A stretch of DNA of 64,000 bases from Ranitomeya imitator (lineage: Eukaryota), in NCBI RefSeq assembly GCF_032444005.1, contig NC_091291.1, positions 7,812,001 to 7,876,000 on the forward strand. The letters run 5' to 3'. Of this stretch, positions 51,561-64,000 are shown piece by piece. Made by a program: the position numbers and the translations under genes. The notes under the pieces were generated by a model that ran no database searches, was not told the DNA's origin, and worked only from the letters and a program-made list of their open reading frames with translations. Within the stretch, counting starts at the first letter, position 1. The number at the start of each line of letters is the position of its first letter.

Positions 51561-52259
51561 TTTTCTTTTTAGTTATTGTGGCCTTTACTTATTTATTATA
51601 TTTTGGCTTGGTTTTCATTTAATATTATTTGATTATTTTATTTGCAATTTATTTTTATTCTTTTGCATTTGTTAAATGTCGTTTTTTTTTTTCAGATTTT
51701 TTTTATTGATTGATTTCACTTTTTTTTATTTGTAGTTTTTTTTTATTTTCATTTTGTATCATTCTCTGAAAAAAAAAAAAAGGGACCAATTAGTGCAGTT
51801 GTTCTGATCTCCATCAGTAATGTTCTTCACACGATAACTCCTAGCAGGAGGCATGCTGAGAGTTGTAGTCAGAGCCACTGGTTGGAGTCCAGAGTATGTT
51901 TTCTATGGGGCTGCATTAATAACAAATATAAGTCCTATAATAATAAGAGAATTAGAAGGAGACGTGATGGAACGTTCATGAATTATCCAGATAAATGGAG
52001 TTTTCTGTGTTACTTAGTTGCAGTTTTTGGTGAGTTTAGCAGATGAGGAAGCTGCTGTTTCCGCAAAGTGAAGCAGATTCGGAGAGGGGGAGTTAACCCC
52101 TTGTGGGGAGAATAGTTTCAGAGCTCCAGATGTAGCAGAGCCGAGAGTGTCATAAAGGTGAACACTAATGCATAGAATTGTGATCTCATCTTTAGCCAGG
52201 TCTAAGGACACACTCAGCTCTGCCTCATCCATGTCAGGTGTCCACTGTAATGGAGGGAA

Positions 52260-53350
52260 AATGGAAAACCAGATGACAAACTCAGCTTTCCTACTTATAT
52301 ATTATGATAATACTGTAAGATTCAAAAACCCAGATGCCGATTTCTTGAGTTTTTTTGAGAATGGAAAAACTCAGCTCTGCTACATGTGTATATGAGGTTT
52401 GGTGTTAGAAGATATTTTACCAACTGTAATGCTGATTTCTTCAGTTTTGAGAATGACAGTCTCATCTCTGCTGCATTTATATATTAAAAGATGTTTTAGC
52501 AAATATAATAAATGCTGATTTATTGGATTGTGGAGTATGACAAACTCAGCTCTGCTACAACTCTATTAGGAATTTATAATAATGCTGAGAAATGAAATAT
52601 ATAAAATAAATAATAATAATAATAAATATATAATATAATAATTATATATTATATTATATATGATATATTATAATATTATATATTCTATTATTATTATATA
52701 TTAGATTATATATAATAATAATAATAATAATAATACAATAGATACTGCTTTCTGGAGTTGTAAATTAAAACAAACTCAGCTCTGCTACAACTCTATTAGG
52801 AATTTATATTAATGCTGAAAGTTTAAATATGTAAAATAAATAATAATAATAAATATATAATATAATAATATTATAATTATATATTATAATATTAAATATA
52901 TTATTTTATATATTATATTTTTATTTATATTATATATATTACATATTATTATTATATTATTATTTATATTATATATTATAATAATAATAATATAATAGAT
53001 ACTACTTTCTGGAGTTAAAAAGTAAAACAACTCAGCTCTGTTACAAGACTATGAAGAATTTATAATGACGCTGAGAGTTGATATATATTATATATCATAA
53101 ATAGTGAAAAATATAATATATCATAATATAATAATATAATATGATATAGTATAATATAACATAACAGATGCTGATTTCTGGAGTTTTAGAGTAAAACAAA
53201 CTCAGCTCTGCTACATCCCCATATTGTGTCTCTATATTAGGCATAGATAATATGAATTATATATAGGTAAGTTTACTTCCACATAAAACTATTAATACAA
53301 TTCATTATTTTATGGCATACAGATGTAGCAGAGCTGACTTTGTCATTCAA
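52260..53350. repeat. Degenerate AT-rich tandem copies of a dispersed repeat containing ACAAACTCAGCTCTGCTACA
   Basis: The motif recurs at about 52370, 52540, 52772, 53028, 53197 and inverted at 53322. Confidence 0.7.
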
Positions 53351-53839
53351 CTCTCTGGGTATTTGTAGGCAGTACATTCTGATAGATAGGCAGTTAATGC
53401 AATCTGGGGTTCACATGTGAGGGTCTGAGCTAATGAGACGTTCCCACAATGGGGTCCTCTGCTGTCTGCGCCCGCCATAATCTAGTTTCGCCCTTTGTGG
53501 CGGTCACCATTGTTGCAGATGTTGTGTTCTTGCACGTTGGTGTCAGCGTTGTGTAACCTCAGCCCCACCGTCGCACGCCCGCCACCATTTACGGAAAGTG
53601 CTTACACAACACTGTTAACCCTTCTCGTGCTGCAGGAAATCTGCTGAATCTCTGGGCCCATTGTTGTGTCAGAGCCGGGGCCCCGGCAGCATCCTCTGGT
53701 TTCAGACCAGCATGTTTGTACCTACGGCATATTGTGGACCAAATCCTGACCCGTCCGCGGGTCCAATCACCCAAAGTGACAACTTCAGAGGCGGGGGAAG
53801 ATCGGGGCTGTAATATGGGCCCAAAGATCTGAAAAACTG

Positions 53840-55310
53840 CCCGCCGCCTCCATCATCAGTATCTGGTGACTGCCCGTCACCTCCATCATCAGTATCTGGT
53901 GACCACCCGTCTCCTCCATCTTCAGTATCTGGTGACCACCCATCACCTCCATCATCAGTATCTGGTGACCGCCCGTCACCTCCATCATCAGTATCTGGTG
54001 ACCGTCCGTCACCTCCATCATCAGTATCTGGTGACCGCCCGTCACCTCCATCATCAGTATCTGGTGACCGCCCGTCACCTCCATCATCAGTATCTGGTGA
54101 CCGCCCATCTCCTCCATCATCAGTATCTGGTGACCGCCCATCCCCTCCATCATCAGTATCTGGTGACCACCCGTCTCCTCCATCATCAGTATCTGGTGAC
54201 CGCCCGTCACCTCCATCATCAGTATCTGGTGACCGCCCGTCACCTCCATCATCAGTATCTGGTGACCGCCCATCCCCTCCATCATCAGTATCTGGTGACC
54301 ACCCGTCTCCTCCATCATCAGTATCTGGTGACCGCCCGTCACCTCCATCATCAGTATCTGGTGACCACCCGTCTCCTCCATCATCAGTATCTGGTGACCG
54401 CCCATCCCCTCCATCATCAGTATCTGGTGACCGCCCATCTCCTCCATCATCAGTATCTGGTGACCGCCCATCCCCTCCATCATCAGTATCTGGTGACCGC
54501 CCATCCCCTCCATCATCAGTATCTGGTGACCGCCCGTCACCTCCATCATCAGTATCTGGTGACCGCCCATCCCCTCCATCATCAGTATCTGGTGACCGCC
54601 CATCCCCTCCATCATCAGTATCTGGTGACCGCCCATCTCCTCCATCATCAGTATCTGGTGACCGCCCATCCCCTCCATCATCAGTATCTGGTGACCGCCC
54701 ATCCCCTCCATCATCAGTATCTGGTGACCGCCCATCTCCTCCATCATCAGTATCTGGTGACCGCCCATCCCCTCCATCATCAGTATCTGGTGACCGCCCA
54801 TCCCCTCCATCATCAGTATCTGGTGACCGCCCATCCCCTCCATCATCAGTATCTGGTGACCGCCCATCCCCTCCATCATCAGTATCTGGTGACCGCCCAT
54901 CCCCTCCATCATCAGTATCTGGTGACTGCCCGTCACCTCCATCATCAGTATCTGGTGACCGCCCGTCTCCTCCATCATCAGTATCTGGTGACCGCCCGTC
55001 TCCTCCATCATCAGTACCTGGTGACCGCCCGTCTCCTCCATCATCAGTATCTGGTGACCGCCCATCTCCTCCATCATCAGTATCTGGTGACCGCCCATCC
55101 CCTCCATCATCAGTATCTGGTGACCGCCCATCCCCTCCATCATCAGTATCTGGTGACCGCCCGTCACCTCCATCATCAGTATCTGGTGACCGCCCGTCTC
55201 CTCCATCATCAGTATCTGGTGACCGCCCGTCTCCTCCATCATCAGTATCTGGTGACCGCCCGTCTCCTCCATCATCAGTATCTGGTGACCACCCATCGCC
55301 TTCATCATCT
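53840..55310. repeat. 33-bp minisatellite, about 44 copies
   Basis: Unit CCATCATCAGTATCTGGTGACCGCCCGTCACCT; source of the DTDDGGDGRSP repeat ORF. Confidence 0.97.
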
Positions 55311-55689
55311 CTGTCCTCTGCTGATGGTTTGTTACATTGTATCAAGTTTTGGAGAATAGAGAATTGTCTAAACTGGATGCAACAGTAACAAACGCTCTGC
55401 TGTGCAATAATTAGGACTTGTTCTGATCCTCCCTGTTGTGGTAGGCGGCTCCTCGGGGGCGGGGCTAAAGGTGCTCAGGTCAAAGGTCATTCTGGATGAG
55501 AGCTGCACAATGTAAGAAAGTGAACGAGAAAAATCTATAAAGGAGAAATCTCCGAATATCTATCTGGTGATAAAATATAAATTACCGGCAGTCACATGAC
55601 CGGCGCCGCGACTAACGCTGACCGAGATCGGATACAGCAATGCACACCACGGGCCGGATCTGAGACTGTACCACACATTACAGTCTTAG

Positions 55690-58600
55690 GTACACTGGAC
55701 TGGGATTAGATACACAGCTCAGCAGTCGGTATCACACAGGAGAGGATTAGATACACGGCTCAGCAGTCAGTATCACACAGGAGAGGATTAGATACACGGC
55801 TCAGCAGTCAGTATCACACAGGATAGGATTAGATACACGGCTCAGCAGACAGTATCACACAGGATAGGATTAGATACACGGCTCAGCAGACAGTATCACA
55901 CAGGATAGGATTAGATACACGGCTCAGCAGTCAGTATCACACAGGAGAGGATTAGATACACGGCTCAGCAGTCAGTATCACAGGAGAGGATTAGATACAC
56001 GGCTCAGCAGACAGTATCACACAGGAGAGGATTAGATACACGGCTCAGCAGTCAGTATCACACAGGATAGGATTAGATACACGGCTCAGCAGACAGTATC
56101 ACACAGGATAGGATTAGATACACGGCTCAGCAGACAGTATCACACAGTAGAGGATTAGATACCAGGCTGAGCAGACAGTATCACACAGGATAGGATTAGA
56201 TACACGGCTCAGCAGACAGTATCACACAGGAGAGGATTAGATACACGGCTCAGCAGACAGTATCACACAGGATAGGATTAGATACACGGCTCAGCAGACA
56301 GTATCACACAGGAGAGGATTAGATACACGGCTCAGCAGACAGTATCACACAGGAGAGGATTAGATACACGGCTCAGCAGTCAGTATCACACAGGAGAGGA
56401 TTAGATACACGGCTCAGCAGTCAGTATCACACAGGAGAGGATTAGATACACAACCCAGCAGACAGTATCACACAGGAGAGGATTAGATACACGGCTCAGC
56501 AGTCAGTATCACACAGGAGAGGATTAGATACACAACCCAGCAGACAGTATCACACAGGAGAGGATTAGATACACGGCTCAGCAGTCAGTATCACACAGGA
56601 GAGGATTAGATGCACGGCTCAGCAGTCAGTATCACACAGGAGAGGATTAGATACACGGCTCAGCAGTCAGTATCACACAGGATAGGATTAGATACACGGC
56701 TCAGCAGACAGTATCACACAGTAGAGGATTAGATACCAGGCTCAGCAGACAGTATCACACAGGATAGGATTAGATACACGGCTCAGCAGACAGTATCACA
56801 CAGGAGAGGATTAGATACACGGCTCAGCAGACAGTATCACACAGGATAGGATTAGATACACGGCTCAGCAGACAGTATCACACAGGAGAGGATTAGATAC
56901 ACGGCTCAGCAGACAGTATCACACAGGAGAGGATTAGATACACGGCTCAGCAGTCAGTATCACACAGGAGAGGATTAGATACACGGCTCAGCAGACAGTA
57001 TCACACAGGATAGGATTAGATACACGGCTCAGCAGTCAGTATCACACAGGAGAGGATTAGATACACAACCCAGCAGACAGTATCACACAGGAGAGGATTA
57101 GATACACGGCTCAGCAGTCAGTATCACACAGGAGAGGATTAGATGCACGGCTCAGCAGTCAGTATCACACAGGAGAGGATTAGATACACGGCTCAGCAGT
57201 CAGTATCACACAGGATAGGATTAGATACACGGCTCAGCAGACAGTATCACACAGGAGAGAATTAGATACACGTCTCAGCAGTCAGTATCACACAGGAGAG
57301 GATTAGATACACGGCTCAGCAGTCAGTATCACACAGGAGAGGATTAGATACACGGCTCAGCAGTCAGTATCACACAGGAGAGGATTAGATACACGGCTCA
57401 GCAGTCAGTATCACACAGGATAGGATTAGATACACGGCTCAGCAGTCAGTATCACACAGGAGAGGATTAGATACACGGCTCAGCAGTCAGTATCACACAG
57501 GATGGGATTAGATACACGGCTCAGCAGTCAGTATCACACAGGATAGGATTAGATACACGGTTCAGCAGACAGTATCACACAGGAGAGGATTAGATGCACG
57601 GCTCAGCAGTCAGTATCACACAGGAGAGGATTAGATACACGGCTCAGCAGTCAGTATCACACAGGATAGGATTAGATACACGGCTCAGCAGACAGTATCA
57701 CACAGGAGAGAATTAGATACACGTCTCAGCAGTCAGTATCACACAGGAGAGGATTAGATACACGGCTCAGCAGTCAGTATCACACAGGAGAGGATTAGAT
57801 ACACGGCTCAGCAGACAGTATCACACAGGATGGGATTAGATACACGGCTCAGCAGTCAGTATCACACAGGACAGGATTAGATACACAGCTCAGCAGTCAG
57901 TATCACACAGGAGAGGATTAGATACACGGCTCAGCAGTCAGTATCACACAGGATAGGATTAGATACACGGCTCAGCAGACAGTATCACACAGGAGAGAAT
58001 TAGATACACGTCTCAGCAGTCAGTATCACACAGGAGAGGATTAGATACACGGCTCAGCAGTCAGTATCACACAGGAGAGGATTAGATACACGGCTCAGCA
58101 GTCAGTATCACACAGGATAGGATTAGATACACGGCTCAGCAGTCAGTATCACACAGGAGAGGATTAGATACACGGCTCAGCAGTCAGTATCACACAGGAG
58201 AGGATTAGATACACGGCTCAGCAGTCAGTATCACACAGGATGGGATTAGATACACGGCTCAGCAGTCAGTATCACACAGGATAGGATTAGATACACGGTT
58301 CAGCAGTCAGTATCACACAGGAGAGGATTAGATACACGGCTCAGCAGACAGTATCACTCAGGAGAGGATTAGATACACGGCTCAGCAGTCAGTATCACAC
58401 AGGAGAGGATTAGATACACGGCTCAGCAGTCAGTATCACACAGGAGAGGATTAGATACACGGCTCAGCAGTTAGTATCACACAGGAGAGGATTAGATACA
58501 TGGCTCAGCAGTCAGTATCACACAGGATAGGATTAGATACACGGCTCAGCAGACAGTATCACACAGGAGAGAATTAGATACACGTCTCAGCAGTCAGTAT

Positions 58601-60395
58601 CACACAGGAGAGGATTAGATACACGGCTCAGCAGTCAGTATCACACAGGAGAGGATTAGATACACGGCTCAGCAGTCAGTATCACACAGGATAGGATTAG
58701 ATACACGGCTCAGCAGTCAGTATCACACAGGAGAGGATTAGATACACGGCTCAGCAGTTAGTATCACACAGGAGAGGATTAGATACACGGCTCAGCAGTC
58801 AGTATCACACAGGAGAGGATTAGATACACGGCTCAGCAGTTAGTATCACACAGGAGAGGATTAGATACACGGCTCAGCAGTCAGTATCACACAGGAGAGG
58901 ATTAGATACATGGCTCAGCAGTCAGTATCACACAGGATAGGATTAGATACACGGCTCAGCAGACAGTGTCACACAGGATAGGATTAGATACACGGCTCAG
59001 CAGACAGTATCACACAGGGGAGGATTAGATACACGACTCAGCAGCCCGTATCACAGAGGAGAGGATTAGATACACGGCTCAGCAGCCAGTATCACACAGG
59101 GGAGGATTAGATACACGGCTCAGCGGACAGTATCACACAGGAGAGGATTAGATACAGGGCTCAGCAGTCAGTATCACACAGGAAAGGATTAGATACATGG
59201 CTCAGCAGACAGTATCACACAGGAGAGGATTAGATACACGGCTCAGCAGACAGTATCACTCAGGAGAGGATTAGATACACGGTTCAGCAGTCAGTATCAC
59301 ACAGGATAGGATTAGATACACAGCTCAGCAGACAGTGTCACACAGGATAGGATTAGATACATGGCTCAGCAGACAGTATCACACAGGAGAGGATTAGATA
59401 CACGGCTCAGCAGACAGTATCACTCAGGAGAGGATTAGATACACGGCTCAGCAGTCAGTATCACACAGGATAGGATTAGATACACAGCTCAGCAGACAGT
59501 GTCACACAGGATAGGATTAGATACATGGCTCAGCAGACAGTATCACACAGGAGAGGATTAGATACACGGCTCAGCAGTCAGTATCACACAGGATAGGATT
59601 AGATACACAGTTCAGCAGTCAGTATCACACAGGATAGGATTAGATACACAGTTCAGCAGACAGTATCACACAGGATAGGATTAGATACACGGCTCAGCAG
59701 ACAGTATCACACAGGATAGGATTAGATACATGGCTCAGCAGTCAGTATCACACAGGAGAGGATTAGATACACGGCTCAGCAGTCAGTATCACACAGGAGA
59801 GGATTAGATACATGGCTCAGCAGACAGTATCACACAGGATAGGATTAGATACACGGCTCAGCAGTCAGTATCACACAGGATAGGATTAGATACACGGCTC
59901 AGCAGACAGTATCACACAGGAGAGGATTAGATACACGGCTCAGCAGTCAGTATCACACAGGAGAGGATTAGATACACGGCTCAGCAGACAGTATCACACA
60001 GGAGAGGATTAGATACATGGCTCAGCAGTCAGTATCACACAGGATAGGATTAGATACACGGCTCAGCAGTCAGTATCACACAGGATAGGATTAGATACAC
60101 AGCTCAGCAGTCAGTATCACACAGGATAGGATTAGATACACGGCTCAGCAGTCAGTATCACACAGGAGAGGATTAGATACACGGCTCAGCAGTCAGTATC
60201 ACACAGGAGAGGATTAGATACATGGCTCAGCAGACAGTATCACACAGGATAGGATTAGATACACGGCTCAGCAGTCAGTATCACACAGGAGAGGATTAGA
60301 TACACGGCTCAGCAGACAGTATCACACAGGAGAGGATTAGATACACGGCTCAGCAGACAGTATCACACAGGAGAGGATTAGATACACGGCTCAGT
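55690..60395. repeat. 41-bp satellite, about 115 copies
   Basis: Unit GATTAGATACACGGCTCAGCAGTCAGTATCACACAGGAGAG (55745 to 55786). Confidence 0.98.
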
Positions 60396-60649
60396 GTACA
60401 GTGTGATGGGAGTTGTAGTCCTCCATAGCTGATAGTTGTTATTACAGGTTTCCTGTTCTCTCAGTGTCACCTGCAGTCGGACCTTTATCTCACTGACTGT
60501 TTCCAGGTTTGAGCAGTTTCCTTCCTCCTTTGCTCCCGGCCCATCCGCAGCCCCTCAGATCTGTGCCCCCCGGACTGTGACGCTGGGGATCGTCCTAGTA
60601 CTTAACCCAAAGAGATTATACCTGCTGCCATATTGGACAGTCATGTGAT

Positions 60650-62875
60650 CTGGGGGTCTGGGCCGGGTTCACACTCTGGGGGTCTGGGCCGGGTTCATAC
60701 TCTGGGGGTCTGGGCCGGGTTCACACTCTGGGGTCTGGGCGGGGTTCACACTCTGGGGGTCTGGGCCGGGTTCATACTCTGGGGGTCTGGGCCGGGTTGA
60801 TACTCTGGGGGTCTGGGCTGGGTTCACACTCTGGGGTCTGGGCCGAGTTCATACTCTGGGGGTCTGGGCCGGGTTCACACTCTGGGGTCTGGGCGGGGTT
60901 CACACTCTGGGGGTCTGGGCCGGGTTCATACTCTGGGGGTCTGGGCCGGGTTGATACTCTGGGGGTCTGGGCTGGGTTCACACTCTGGGGTCTGGGCCGA
61001 GTTCATACTCTGGGGGTCTGGGCCGGGTTCACACTCTGGGGTCTGGGCCGGGTTCACACTCTGGGGGTCTGGGCCGGGTTCACACTCTGGGGGTCTGGGC
61101 CGAGTTCATACTCTGGGGGTCTGGGCCGGGTTCACACTCTGGGGTCTGGGCGGGGTTCACACTCTGGGGGTCTGGGCCGGGTTGATACTCTGGGGTCTGG
61201 GCCGGGTTCACACTCTGGGGGTCCGGGCCGGGTTCACACTCTGGGGGTCTGGGCCGGGTTCACACTCTGGGGGTCCGGGCCGGGTTCACACTCTGGGGGT
61301 CTGGGCCGGGTTCACACTCTGGGGGTCTGGGCCGGGTTCGCACTCTGGGGGTCCGGGCCGGGTTCACACTCTGGGGGTCTGGGCCAGGTTCACACTCTGG
61401 GGTCTGGGCGGGGTTCACACTCTGGGGGTCTGGGCCGGGTTGATACTCTGGGGTCTGGGCCGGGTTCACACTCTGGGGGTCCGGGCCGGGTTCACACTCT
61501 GGGGGTCTGGGCCGGGTTCACACTCTGGGGGTCCGGGCCGGGTTCACACTCTGGGGGTCTGGGCCGGGTTCACACTCTGGGGGTCTGGGCCGGGTTCGCA
61601 CTCTGGGGGTCCGGGCCGGGTTCACACTCTGGGGGTCCGGGCCGGGTTCACACTCTGGGGGTCCGGGCCGGGTTCACACTCTGGGGGTCTGGGCCGGGTT
61701 CACACTCTGGGGGTCTGGGCCGGGTTCGCACTCTGGGGTCTGGGCCGGGTTCGCACTCTGGGGGTCTGAGCCGGGTTCACACTCTGGGGTCTGGGGGGGT
61801 TCACACTCTGGGGGTCTGAGCCGGGTTCACACTCTGGGGTCTGGGGGGGTTCACACTCTGGGGGTCTGGGCCGGGTTCACACTCTGGGGTCTGGGCTGGG
61901 TTCACACTCTGGGGGTCCGGGCCGGGTTCACACTCTGGGGGTCCGAGCCGGGTTCACACTCTGGGGGTCTGGGCCGGGTTCACACTCTGGGGGTCTGGGC
62001 CGGGTTCGCACTCTGGGGTCTGGGCCGGGTTCGCACTCTGGGGGTCTGAGCCGGGTTCACACTCTGGGGTCTGGGGGGGTTCACACTCTGGGGGTCTGAG
62101 CCGGGTTCACACTCTGGGGTCTGGGGGGGTTCACACTCTGGGGGTCTGGGCCGGGTTCACACTCTGGGGTCTGGGCCGGGTTCACACTCTGGGGGTCTGG
62201 GCCGGGTTCACACTCTGGGGGTCTGGGCCGGGTTCACACTCTGGGGTCTGGGCCGGGTTCACACTCTGGGGTCTGGGCCGGGTTCACACTCTGGGGGTCT
62301 GGGCCGGGTTCACACTCTGGGGGTCTGGGCCGGGTTCACACTCTGGGGGTCTGGGCCGGGTTCACACTCTGGGGGTCTGGGCCGGGTTCGCACTCTGGGG
62401 GTCTGAGCCGGGTTCACACTCTGGGGGTCTGGGCCGGGTTCGCACTCTGGGGGTCTGGGCCGGGTTCGCACTCTGGGGGTCTGAGCCGGGTTCACACTCT
62501 GGGGGTCTGGGCCGGGTTCGCACTCTGGGGGTCTGAGCCGGGTTCACACTCTGGGGGTCTGGGCCGGGTTCACACTCTGGGGGTCTGGGCCGGGTTCGCA
62601 CTCTGGGGGTCTGAGCTGGGTTCACACTCTGGGGTCTGGGGGGGTTCACACTCTGGGGTCTGGGCCGGGTTCACACTCTGGGGTCTGGGCCGGGTTCACA
62701 CTCTGGGGGTCTGGGCCGGGTTCACACTCTGGGGTCTGGGGGGGTTCACACTCTGGGGTCTGGGGGGGTTCACACTCTGGGGTCTGGGCCGGGTTCACAC
62801 TCTGGGGTCTGGGCCGGGTTCACACTCTGGGGGTCTGGGCCGGGTTCACACTCTGGGAGTCTGGGCCGGGTTCAC
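60650..62875. repeat. 25-27-bp G-rich minisatellite, about 85 copies
   Basis: Unit GGGCCGGGTTCACACTCTGGGGGTCT. Confidence 0.97.
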
Positions 62876-63239
62876 GCCCAGGGGGCAATACCGTCCGTTT
62901 CTTATGGGACCACCTTTGATCACTTCTCTGTGACTATTTGTGGATTGAGACATGTTATTTGTTCTGCTCCGGAGTCCGATATGTCTCAGTCTGGAGTCCA
63001 GAGGATTATTGAGACTGGATACATTGTAGCAAACCTTCAGCTGTGAGAAGTTTTGGAGGATTTTTTAGATAAGGTTCGTTCCCTGACAGCAAGCAGAGGG
63101 ATGTCAGCTCATGAGCCGCCGCTCACTGTGGATGACTCCGACAGCGGCCGAGTGCAGCCATTCCAATACCATTACATTGGAAAATCGCTCGTAAGGCAAT
63201 TCCCACTGCCCTTGACCTTCAATTACTGGCGCACCTCGC

Positions 63240-64000
63240 TGTAACGTGTAGTCGACGCCGCGTCTCCGAGCTGGAAAGCTGCCGAAACGGGCGGTTACCT
63301 GTCTTCAATACGTGGAATTGGCGACTAATGGACCCCCACGCGACTAATTAAAGGTTACGGGGTCGCCGCTCCTACATTGCATAGGACAGGGGGGCACCTA
63401 CATGACTCCATGTAAGCTGATGGCTTGCTGGGACTTGTAGTGAGGCCTGCAGCCCCCGTTATCAGGACTGGTGGCCGCTCACCACTTCTTCTCCAGCACA
63501 GGAAGCCGCGCGTCCATTGTGATAATCCGCTCTTATCTGAAGCTCCAGACGGTAGGAAATTTCCGTCCCGGCATCCGGAGTATCCCCCCTGCACAATCAG
63601 GGAGAGGCCTGGACCCAGAGGAATGCGGGATCTGGAGAAACACCCGATCCCCCCAATCCTGAGACCCCCGGACGCCAATCCGCTACATGCGATGCCGCAT
63701 TACGACCGTCCGCGATGGCGAGACGGAGCCGCAAACGCTTCCAAATCTGAAAACTCACCGTAGACTTCAATGCAAACCCCGGACCACCGAAAACATCCCG
63801 GCCTCGCCGCAGTGCGGCCATATTAGAGATACGAGTCGCCACCGTGCACGACTCACGTTGAAGTCTATGGAATCTAAGTCGCATGCAACTCGCAACCTGC
63901 ATCTGAGCGACACTGCGGCAGCCGCGCCGTGGTCACAGTCGGCCGTGGGTCGCAACGTGACGCTATTGACCACCGCTAGACGCCGCCATCTTCATGCCAC
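63240..64000. promoter_or_regulatory. CpG-rich, promoter-like island
   Basis: Dense CpG; ZNF143-like GCTGGGACTTGTAGT (63427-63441); YY1 consensus CCGCCATCTT (63983-63992). Part may be MITE-derived. Confidence 0.4.

Noticed and set aside
53702-55359. 497-547 aa ORFs (DTDDGGDGRSP, HHQYLVT repeats)
   Set aside because: 33-bp minisatellite open in several frames; the acidic-protein look is coincidental.
55690-60395. Regular arrays as possible CRISPR
   Set aside because: No unique spacers, eukaryotic context, no cas genes; the same applies to all other arrays.
63483-63517. MDARLPVL as a PROSER3-like N-terminus
   Set aside because: Only a 5-of-8 residue resemblance from memory and no matching downstream exon; no symbol assigned.

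Overview
Vertebrate genomic DNA. The repeat families point to a neobatrachian frog (inference). Three genes are supported. (1) The last six coding exons of HAUS5 (+ strand, 51-1824). (2) A complete 7-exon ETV2/ER71/etsrp gene (- strand, CDS 8312->4593, 331 aa, non-coding exon 1 ending at 9757) with a TATA/CCAAT/CRE/ETS promoter. (3) About 39.5 kb upstream of ETV2 and pointing away from it, an 18-nt first coding exon ATG GAC TGC ACC ATC AAG|GTAGGT (MDCTIK, 49443-49460). This matches the FLI1-type first exon (MDGTIK, phase-0 intron). Its head-to-head position with ETV2 suggests the fli1b/fli1rs paralogue known from the teleost etv2-fli1b pair and absent next to mammalian ETV2. No FLI1 exon 2 is visible, so the rest of the window is probably intron 1. 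Over half of the window is tandem repeat (about 17 arrays, units 15-79 bp). There is also a CR1 3' fragment and a non-autonomous Helitron inside a 10-kb 35-bp satellite, tiny L2 3'-end insertions, MITEs and a 919-N gap. Most long ORFs in the supplied track are read-throughs of repeats.
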